The notes under the pieces are model-generated. The model searched no databases and was not told the DNA's origin. It saw only the letters and a program-made list of their open reading frames with translations. DNA of 17,113 nucleotides, taken from Bdellovibrionia bacterium (lineage in GTDB: Bacteria > Bdellovibrionota > UBA1018). Below, piece after piece: positions 8,310 to 15,180 of the stretch (the first letter of the stretch is position 1; each line of letters opens with the position of its first letter). The stretch spans positions 1 through 17,113 of the forward strand of contig JBMSSC010000053.1 of NCBI GenBank assembly GCA_049424145.1, read 5' to 3'. The position numbers were made by a program, and so were the translations under genes.

Positions 8310-8359
8310 GATCCTTCCTCTGGATTTACCAGATCCATCCGTGAGGCGGTAGTTGGAAC

Positions 8360-11092
8360 TTACAGTTCCATCCAATTTTTACCCACGCACGCCTCCACTC
8401 GGAGGGGTACGCTCAGTTGCATGGCATTTTCTAGCGTGGAGATGACCAGCTCTTGCACGGCAGACACTTCACGCTCCGGGCAATCCAAGACCACTTCGTC
8501 ATGGACCTGAAGAATGAGAGCAGATTGAAGCCCTCGCTGCTTGAGTTGAGCGTGAAGTTCAATCATCGCTAGTTTCATTAAATCCGCAGCGGTTCCTTGG
8601 ATCGGGGTGTTCATCGCCATGCGTTCGGCGTTTGCTCGGATCATGGGATTTTTTGAGCTGAGGTCGGGAAGTTTTCGTTTTCGACCTAAAAGAGTGATCG
8701 CATAGCCTCGTTCTCGTGCCCCAGTGATGAGGGAGTCAAGGTAAGTTTTCACTCCCCTGTAGCGCTCAAAGTACTTTTCAATCATCTGCTGCGCTTCTTT
8801 TTTGGGGATCTTCAGTTCCTGCGAAAGACCAAAGGCCGTTTTGCCGTACATCAGTCCAAAGTTAATGGCCTTAGCAACAGCCCGTTGAGAGTCAACGATC
8901 TGCTCGACGGGGAGATCAAAAATTTCAGAGGCTGTTTTGCGATGAACATCCTCTCCTTTTTGAAAGGAGGCCATGAGCTCCGGATCTCCGCTCATATGGG
9001 CCAGCAGTCGGAGTTCAATCTGATTGTAATCGGCTGAGAGCAAGAGGTTGCCAGGGCTAGGGATGAAGGCCTTTCTGATGCGATTGCCTCGCTCCGAGCG
9101 GATGGGAATGTTTTGCAGGTTGGGCTCTGAGCTGGAGAGTCGACCTGTGGCGGCAATGGTTTGGTTGAAGCTGGTGTGGATTTTACGCGATCGATGGTCT
9201 TTGAGAAGAGGTAAGGGATCAACGTAGGTGCCTTTGAGCTTGGAGATTTCTCGATACTCCAGCAGAAGTCTGGGAACGTCATGAAGTGGCGCTAGTTTTT
9301 CTAAAACTTCAGCATCGGTGGAGAGCCCGGTTTTGGTCTTACCCTGGGGGGGGAGTGCTAGGTCCTCAAACAGAAGTTTGGCAATCTGTTTGGGCGAGTT
9401 GAGATTGATGGGGCCCGTGGTGAACGCATGAATTCGGGCTTCAATGGACTGCATCTCCTGAGCAAACTCTTGGGAGAGGTGATCGACCCAAGCCTCGTCG
9501 ATGCAGATCCCCTGAAGCTCCATGTCCGCTAAGACTTCGACCAGCGGCAGGTCCACTTTTTGATACAACTCCATGAGTCCCTGTGATTCGAGGAGCGGTT
9601 TGAGGTGATTCCAAAGTCGGAACGCAATCCAAGCGTCTTCGGCTGAGTACCGGGTGGCTTGCGGAATATCGACTTGATCAAAGCGGATTTCGTTTTTTCC
9701 TTTTCCACAGACTTGCTCGTAGGTGAGAACGGTGTAACCTAAGTACTGCTGGGCCAACTTCTCCAGATTGTGTCGTCCTTCCGGTTCAAGGAGGTAGCCT
9801 GCAATTCTTGTGTCAGCTCCAATTCCTGAGGGGTGAACCCCGCGCTCTTTTAAAACACTCCAGTCGTATTTGAGGTTTTGTCCGATTTTCTTATATTTTG
9901 AGCTCTCTAAAAAGGGTCGCAGCTTCTGGATCACCCATTCGGAGGGAAGTTGGGTAGAAGAAGAATTTTGGTGGAGCAGGGGGATGTAGCAAGCAAACTC
10001 AGGATCATAGCACAGGGCAATGCCCACGATTTGTGCTTCACGTGGATTAAGGGAGGTGGTTTCTAAATCAAAACCAAACTGACCTGCACTCTGGATTCCT
10101 TCGAGCACCTGATTGAAGCTTTCTTCCGTTTGAATGGTGCGAAACCGATTTTCCTCTTCCTTTTGCTTTTGGGAGAGCTCTTGAGCCCCTGCGCTGGGTG
10201 TTTGGCTCCAGCGCGTGATGAGGGTGTGAAAATCGAGTTCTTGCAGAAGACTGATGGCTTTTTCAGTGAGTTGAAATGAGTAGCGAAGGGATTCAATGGG
10301 GGTGTCCAGAGGGAGGTCTTCTTTGACGGTGGCGAGTTCTGCCGAGAGGCGGGCGACGTCTTGGTTGTCACAGAGACTTTGGCCTTTTTTCCCAGGGATG
10401 AGGCCGTCTTGTGCGGCCTGTAGGATGCTGGGCAGGTCTTGAAACTCTCGGAGGAGGTCTGAGGCCCCTTTGGGGCCAATGCCAGGAACACCGGGGATGT
10501 GATCCGAACTATCGCCTACGAGTCCTAAGTAATCGCGAATTTGAGAGGGCTTGACGTGAAATTTGGCCTCCACCTCGGGCGGGCCATAGAGTTGGTTGGA
10601 TAAGGTGTCCCAAAGTTTCACTCGGTCATTGACCAGCTGCATGAGGTCTTTGTCACTGGAGAGAATGATGACACGGTTTTCAGACGAGAGATCAAGCCAC
10701 TTTTTGCAAAGCGAGGCAATCAGATCATCGGCCTCCACCCCTGGGATGCGGTAGGAGTGGATTTCAAAGGCTTCAATGAGTTGTTCAATCCTTCGGAACT
10801 GAGGAACCAGGTCATCCGGGGCTTCAGTCCGATTGGCTTTGTACTCGGGGTAGATTTGTTTTCGAAACGAGGGTTCCTTCGAATCGTAAGTAACGGCGAA
10901 GAACTGAGGTTGGGCCTCCTGAGCCACTCGGGCCAGCATGGTGGCCACCCCATAGACGGCATTGGTAGGTTCCCCAGACTGGGTCTTTAATCCGCGAATT
11001 GCAAAGAAAGCACGAAAAATAAACGAGCTAATGTCTAAGAGATAAAGGGTATGCTTTGGATCCGGAAGCTGATGTTCCACAGGTTTTGCCAT
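8360..11092 (-). CDS. polA: DNA polymerase I
   Basis: 5'-3' exonuclease motifs (LYLLD..SFIFRAFFA, YKANR, EADD, SSDKDL, GDSSDHIPGVPGIGPK). 3'-5' exonuclease motifs I-III (FDLETT, GQNLKYD, YSAEDA). Polymerase motifs (TGRLSSSEPNLQNIP, ADYNQIELR, AKAINFGLMYG, LQVHDE). Confidence 0.99.
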   Translation of the reverse strand: MAKPVEHQLPDPKHTLYLLDISSFIFRAFFAIRGLKTQSGEPTNAVYGVATMLARVAQEAQPQFFAVTYDSKEPSFRKQIYPEYKANRTEAPDDLVPQFRRIEQLIEAFEIHSYRIPGVEADDLIASLCKKWLDLSSENRVIILSSDKDLMQLVNDRVKLWDTLSNQLYGPPEVEAKFHVKPSQIRDYLGLVGDSSDHIPGVPGIGPKGASDLLREFQDLPSILQAAQDGLIPGKKGQSLCDNQDVARLSAELATVKEDLPLDTPIESLRYSFQLTEKAISLLQELDFHTLITRWSQTPSAGAQELSQKQKEEENRFRTIQTEESFNQVLEGIQSAGQFGFDLETTSLNPREAQIVGIALCYDPEFACYIPLLHQNSSSTQLPSEWVIQKLRPFLESSKYKKIGQNLKYDWSVLKERGVHPSGIGADTRIAGYLLEPEGRHNLEKLAQQYLGYTVLTYEQVCGKGKNEIRFDQVDIPQATRYSAEDAWIAFRLWNHLKPLLESQGLMELYQKVDLPLVEVLADMELQGICIDEAWVDHLSQEFAQEMQSIEARIHAFTTGPINLNSPKQIAKLLFEDLALPPQGKTKTGLSTDAEVLEKLAPLHDVPRLLLEYREISKLKGTYVDPLPLLKDHRSRKIHTSFNQTIAATGRLSSSEPNLQNIPIRSERGNRIRKAFIPSPGNLLLSADYNQIELRLLAHMSGDPELMASFQKGEDVHRKTASEIFDLPVEQIVDSQRAVAKAINFGLMYGKTAFGLSQELKIPKKEAQQMIEKYFERYRGVKTYLDSLITGARERGYAITLLGRKRKLPDLSSKNPMIRANAERMAMNTPIQGTAADLMKLAMIELHAQLKQRGLQSALILQVHDEVVLDCPEREVSAVQELVISTLENAMQLSVPLRVEACVGKNWMEL

Positions 11093-11104
11093 GAAGGGGG
11101 TATA

Positions 11105-11584
11105 TCACTGCCAGCTTCCCTTCTCAATCACCTCTGTTTCGCCCATCACATCTCCTAATCGATGGCCCGTATCCACTCGGATCATGAGATAGATCTCCAT
11201 GAACATTAAAGGGACTCCAATCAGGAGGAGAATTAACCATCCCCAAATCGGAATCATGCCAAAGAAAGTGGCGACTCCAATCGGAGCATTTCTCAGAACG
11301 GATTCCTTCCAATTGGCAGGTGCTCGGGTGATTTGATTGACCACTTGAAGGTGCATGATTTTTTTTCCAATGCTCTGTCCTTCGAAGCCAACCTGTTGGA
11401 TGCCATCGGCAAACAGACTGTAGAGAAATCCGAGGAGGGGGCCCACTCGAAAGGGCACGGCCAGAGCAATGGCAAAGATGAGAGCCAGATCGATTCCTTT
11501 GGCCACGATTCGGTTGATCGCCTTGACTTTCACCCGGGGAGGCGTCTGAACAGCGACTGAGGAATCATGAGAAGAAAGTGGCAT
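11105..11584 (-). CDS. RDD-family membrane protein
   Basis: R-IVAKGI-D at the N-terminus, GQSIGKKIMHLQVV, hydrophobic helices and C-terminal HRLGDVMGETEV. TGATG coupling with gmhA. Confidence 0.9.
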   Translation of the reverse strand: MPLSSHDSSVAVQTPPRVKVKAINRIVAKGIDLALIFAIALAVPFRVGPLLGFLYSLFADGIQQVGFEGQSIGKKIMHLQVVNQITRAPANWKESVLRNAPIGVATFFGMIPIWGWLILLLIGVPLMFMEIYLMIRVDTGHRLGDVMGETEVIEKGSWQ

Positions 11585-12246
11585 CAGGCCTCTTGGGAGA
11601 GCGAAAGCGGGCGACTCTCAGATGGACCGTGGGTAGCTGAAGATGCGCTTAGGCTCGGAAAATAAGATTCATCTAAAAAATAGCGATCCAATAAATCCAC
11701 CAGACTATGAATCGCAAAAATGTGCGTTTCTTGGGTTCGACTCGAGTTCTTGGCCAGTTCGGCGTTGAGGTGAAGATCGCACAGCGGGAGGAGCGCTCCT
11801 CCGGTGCCTCCGGTAAGTCCAATGACGGAGCAACCCAAGGTTTTTGCTGCTTTGACGGCTTCAATCACATTCACGCTGTTGCCTGAGGTGGAGATGGCAA
11901 TCACAACATCTCCAGGTTTTGCGAGTCCTTGGATTTGCTTTAAAAAGACTTGGTGATAACCGAAGTCGTTTCCAATGGCGGTCAAGTTGGAGGTGTCCGT
12001 GGTGAGGGCCAGTGCTGGAAGCGGTTTGCGATCAATCAGCATTTTTCCAATCATCTCGGCAGCCATGTGCTGGGCATCTGCTGCAGATCCTCCGTTGCCT
12101 AAGATGAGGATTTTGCCCCCTTTTTGAATGGTTTCTCCCATGAGTCTTGAGGCCTGAACGAGGGTTTGACTATAGGTTTCAATAAAAGCTTGCTGAGAAG
12201 CCATGGACTCTTTTAGCGTTTTTTTCAAATACTCGACGGGTTCCAC
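11584..12246 (-). CDS. gmhA: D-sedoheptulose-7-phosphate isomerase (phosphoheptose isomerase, SIS domain)
   Basis: GNGGSAADAQHMAAE, LTTDTSNLTAIGNDFGY, ISTSGNS.NV and RTQETH...IH. The metal-ligand His/Glu/Gln/His residues are present. GTG start with an AAGGAG SD upstream. Confidence 0.93.
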   Translation of the reverse strand: MEPVEYLKKTLKESMASQQAFIETYSQTLVQASRLMGETIQKGGKILILGNGGSAADAQHMAAEMIGKMLIDRKPLPALALTTDTSNLTAIGNDFGYHQVFLKQIQGLAKPGDVVIAISTSGNSVNVIEAVKAAKTLGCSVIGLTGGTGGALLPLCDLHLNAELAKNSSRTQETHIFAIHSLVDLLDRYFLDESYFPSLSASSATHGPSESRPLSLSQEA

Positions 12247-12648
12247 TTAACCTTCTCCTTTTGGCTCGGTGCTTTCATCTGTCCTATCGCCTGCTCGACT
12301 GTGGAGCGAATTCGTGTTAAAGCTCAGCCAATCAGGAGGCTTGGAAAGCAGAGGCTTTCAATCCGAGACTACTGAGTTTTAAACGAAAAGCAACGTGAAA
12401 TGCAAAGCTCATCTTTAAAGTTCGAGCTTTTAAGTCGAGTTTTGAAGATGACTCCAGGGGAGTCGAGCGAGTTTCAACCTGACTCTTGAGGAAAGAGTCT
12501 TAGGGGGGGCTCTGAAAGAAACGCTCAGATGGCAAGAACTGGCATTGAGTTCGATCCATCGGCGGAAAGAAGCCCCGAACCCCACCCGACCACCTGATTT
12601 CATAAATCTCAATTCTAGGGAAAGTGAACTCCCAGAGAGGAATCTGAA

Positions 12649-12981
12649 GTGTCTGACTCAAAAAACGTATTTGTAGCAACTGATCAAAATTTTGACTCCG
12701 AGGTGTTGCCGTCATCACAGCTCACGTTGGTTGATTTTTGGGCCGAGTGGTGCGGACCCTGCCGATCGTTGGGCCCCACTTTGGAGAAGATTGCCGATGA
12801 GCAGGCTGGAAAAGTCAAAGTCTACAAAATGAATGTGGATGAAAACCAGATGACTCCCTCTAAGTTTCAGGTTCGAGGTATTCCTACCATCATCTTTCTC
12901 AAAGGCGGCCAGTTAGTGGATCAATTGGTTGGCAATCAGCCGAAAGAAGTGATCTTAAACACGATTTCAAAGCACTCCTAG
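12649..12981 (+). CDS. trxA: Thioredoxin
   Basis: LVDFWAEWCGPCR active site, VRGIPT cis-Pro loop, 110 aa. GAGAGG SD before the GTG. Confidence 0.97.
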   Translation: MSDSKNVFVATDQNFDSEVLPSSQLTLVDFWAEWCGPCRSLGPTLEKIADEQAGKVKVYKMNVDENQMTPSKFQVRGIPTIIFLKGGQLVDQLVGNQPKEVILNTISKHS

Positions 12982-12988
12982 CTCCAGC

Positions 12989-13020
12989 GCTGAGAAATAA
13001 GCCTTGGGGCCTCAGCTTCA
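12989..13020 (+). terminator. Possible stem-loop downstream of trxA
   Basis: GCTGAG (12989-12994) pairs with CTCAGC (13011-13016), with an inner GCC-ttgg-GGC. The U-tail is weak (TTCA). Confidence 0.3.
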
Positions 13021-13078
13021 AAGGCTTCCTCGAACGTAAAAGCCGAGATGGGGAAGGGGTCGAGATCGAAGCATTTTT

Positions 13079-13123
13079 AACAAAAAAAGCTTTTGTTGAC
13101 CCTTTCCATAAATCTTGTATCAT
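13079..13123 (+). promoter_or_regulatory. Sigma70-like promoter for the aglRQS-like operon
   Basis: TTGACC (13096-13101), a 16-nt spacer and TATCAT (13118-13123). An A/T-rich UP-like tract directly upstream forms the inverted repeat AACAAAA-aaagc-TTTTGTT. It lies about 105 nt upstream of the AAGGAG SD and ATG at 13231. Confidence 0.5.
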
Positions 13124-13230
13124 AAAACCTTGGATCCCAGACTCATGATTCTTGAAAGAGAGTCGTTTGAAGGAAGGGTTAAAACGGATTTGAAGGACCT
13201 TTTGACACGGACTAGTTTAAGGAGCAAGCC

Positions 13231-13899
13231 ATGGAATCTGGAGGCTTTGTACAGGGGTTTCTTATTGCGCTTCAAGGGGGAGATCCCGCAATCATCATGA
13301 TTGCGATCTCATTAGCCCTCTCTCTTACGTTTACACTGGAGCGTGCGATTCGATTATTTTTCCTCTACAACGTGGATGGGGCCTCATTCATGTTTGAGAT
13401 TCAAAAGTACATTCTGGCGAACGACTTAGATGGAGCGATTCGGATCTGCAATGGAGCAGGTCAAGCGGTTCTGCCAAAGGTCATCAAAGCAGGTTTGCAA
13501 AGAGCTTCACGCGATCAAGAGCAAATTCAAAACGCGATTGATGCTACGAGTCTTGAGGTGATTCCTCGACTCGAAAGAAGGCTTTCGTATCTTGCACTGA
13601 TTGCCAATGTGGCCACTCTTTTTGGACTGTTAGGGACGATTACGGGTCTGATCCGATCGTTCGGTGCTATTTCGATGGCGGATCCGGCTCAGAGGCAGGC
13701 GATCTTGGGTAAAGGCATTAGTGAAGCCATGAATGCAACGGCTTTTGGTTTAGTAGTGGCTATTTTTACCATGATTGCTCACAGTATTTTGTCCAATAAG
13801 GCCACTCATATTCTTGCCGATATTGATGAGTTTGGAGTGAAGCTCTTAGACCTCCTTTCGGCTAGAAAATTCCGTCATTCGTCTCAAAAAGAAGAGTAG
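13231..13899 (+). CDS. aglR: MotA/TolQ/ExbB proton-channel protein, AglR-like gliding motor subunit
   Basis: Three TM segments. IANVATLFGLLGTITGLIRSF and GISEAMNATAFGL motifs. The cytoplasmic YNVDGASFMFEIQKYILANDLDGAIRIC segment is typical of the AglR clade. Followed by two ExbD/TolR genes. Confidence 0.85.
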   Translation: MESGGFVQGFLIALQGGDPAIIMIAISLALSLTFTLERAIRLFFLYNVDGASFMFEIQKYILANDLDGAIRICNGAGQAVLPKVIKAGLQRASRDQEQIQNAIDATSLEVIPRLERRLSYLALIANVATLFGLLGTITGLIRSFGAISMADPAQRQAILGKGISEAMNATAFGLVVAIFTMIAHSILSNKATHILADIDEFGVKLLDLLSARKFRHSSQKEE

Positions 13900-13905
13900 G
13901 GCTTT

Positions 13906-14442
13906 GTGCTGAAGCGTCCTTGTTCGAGACGAAAATCTCATCAGGAGCCACTGGAGTTAAACCTGGTACCGATTTTAGATGCCATGGTGACGCTGATTGG
14001 ATTCCTCCTGTTCACCACGTCGTTTCTTGCTATTGTGAGCATTGAGTCTCCTCTTCCAGTTGCAAGCCTGGAGAGTCCTCCACTGACGGAAAAACCCCTT
14101 CAATTGACCCTGGCGATGCAGGACTCAGCAGTTGAAATCTCCAGTGCCTTTGGAAAGGTCGAGCCTAGGACTATTCCCAATACTTCGGAGAATCAACTTG
14201 ATTTAAAAAAAATTCATGATGCACTCGTTGAGATCAAAAAACGTTATCCCCAAGAAGTCAATGCTGTGATCCTGCCACTGGCAGGAACTTCATATGATGA
14301 TTTAATTGGGCTAATGGATGCAATTCGGATGATGGAGCCCTCCGATGCATCCATCTATGTCAAAAATGAAAAAACAGGAATGGACGAGCCCATTCGTGAG
14401 CTTTTCCCCAAGGTTGTGTTTGGGGATCTAGGAGCCACCTAA
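13906..14442 (+). CDS. aglQ: ExbD/TolR-family protein, AglQ-like
   Basis: Basic N-tail, then TM ELNLVPILDAMVTLIGFLL with the conserved Asp. Periplasmic SYDDLIGLMDAIR...LFPKVVF. Confidence 0.78.
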   Translation: MLKRPCSRRKSHQEPLELNLVPILDAMVTLIGFLLFTTSFLAIVSIESPLPVASLESPPLTEKPLQLTLAMQDSAVEISSAFGKVEPRTIPNTSENQLDLKKIHDALVEIKKRYPQEVNAVILPLAGTSYDDLIGLMDAIRMMEPSDASIYVKNEKTGMDEPIRELFPKVVFGDLGAT

Positions 14443-14443
14443 G

Positions 14444-15007
14444 ATGCGTAGCATTCGCTCTCGTAGGCAGAGAAGAAAGTTCAATAAAGGGTTTGAGCTA
14501 CAGCTCACCAGTATGATGGACGCACTGGTGATCATCGTCGTCTTTCTTCTGAAAAACTACAACGTGAGTGAAAACTCCTTTACGAGCCCTCCGGGATTAA
14601 AACTCCCGATCTCAGGCTCGGTGGATGTGCCCAACGATAGTGTGCAAGTGATCATCACGCCTGAGTCAGTCACTGTTGAGAAGGATCGTGTCTTGGATTT
14701 TGTGCAAACGGCGCTGAGTGCAGGCTCCACAGCTGCTGAGTATCGATTTAAGCCTCAAGATCTCTCTTCAGACGGCCATCAAGTCATTCCCGTTTACGAT
14801 GCTCTGATTCAAGCCAGACAAAAAACAGAGCTCCTGCTCGCTAAATCCAAGGCCCGAGTGAATGGGAAACCTCTCGAATTTGAAGGGGTTCTTGCCATCC
14901 AGGCTGACAAGAAGGTTCAATACAAGACTCTGCGTCGAATTATGGAGACTGCAGGTCAAGCAGGATATAAATACGTCCGATTTTTGGCCATGAAGCGCGA
15001 TACCTAG
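14444..15007 (+). CDS. aglS: ExbD/TolR-family protein, AglS-like
   Basis: TM ELQLTSMMDALVIIVVFLLKNY with the conserved Asp, LKLPIS, and C-terminal IQADKKVQYKTLRRIMETAGQAGY..VRF. Third gene of an R-Q-S triplet. Confidence 0.8.
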   Translation: MRSIRSRRQRRKFNKGFELQLTSMMDALVIIVVFLLKNYNVSENSFTSPPGLKLPISGSVDVPNDSVQVIITPESVTVEKDRVLDFVQTALSAGSTAAEYRFKPQDLSSDGHQVIPVYDALIQARQKTELLLAKSKARVNGKPLEFEGVLAIQADKKVQYKTLRRIMETAGQAGYKYVRFLAMKRDT

Positions 15008-15024
15008 AGGAATCTTTGCTCGAG

Positions 15025-15042
15025 GCTTCTTGAAAAAGAAGC
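15025..15042 (+). terminator. Stem-loop after aglS (7-bp stem, GAAA tetraloop)
   Basis: GCTTCTT-GAAA-AAGAAGC lies 17 nt after the aglS stop. There is no immediate U-tract, so it may be a 3' stabilising hairpin rather than an intrinsic terminator. Confidence 0.4.
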
Positions 15043-15180
15043 GAAGGGTTATTGCTCCGTTTCAAAATCAATCTAATTGTTCTAAAAAAAAAGCTAAGCA
15101 CTTACCTGTCTCTAATAATTTCTTGAGGTTTTGTTTAATCGTTATTATTCTTTTTTAAGAAAATTTGGAGGGCGGGGAAG

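Noticed and set aside
8310..8375. Longer start for the minus-strand orphan at 8375
   Set aside because: It overlaps the polA 3' end. The ATG at 8309 has an SD and yields a signal peptide.
9346..9353. G8 homopolymer in polA as a phase-variation tract
   Set aside because: It is short, encodes Leu-Pro-Pro-Gln in frame in a housekeeping gene, and there is no frameshift.
11584..12246. DiaA (DnaA initiator-associating protein), suggested by proximity to polA
   Set aside because: It retains the GmhA-type Glu (QHMAAE) and C-terminal His (AIH) that DiaA lacks.
12540..12565. tRNA T-loop-like GAGTTCGATCC
   Set aside because: The flanks do not form a 5-bp T stem, and there is no acceptor stem or anticodon arm at tRNA spacing.
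12430..12718. Short ORFs in the gmhA-trxA spacer (12430-12612, 12500-12718)
   Set aside because: No recognisable motifs or clear SD, and one overlaps trxA antisense.
13115..13300. 61-aa ORF upstream of and overlapping aglR
   Set aside because: Its TTG start lies within the predicted promoter, it has no SD, and it overlaps aglR out of frame.
13231..15007. Tol-Pal or TonB-ExbBD uptake system, or flagellar stator
   Set aside because: There is no adjacent tolA/tolB/pal, TonB-dependent receptor or OmpA-domain MotB. One TolQ-like plus two TolR-like genes with Agl-type motifs near gltF/gltG fit AglRQS better.
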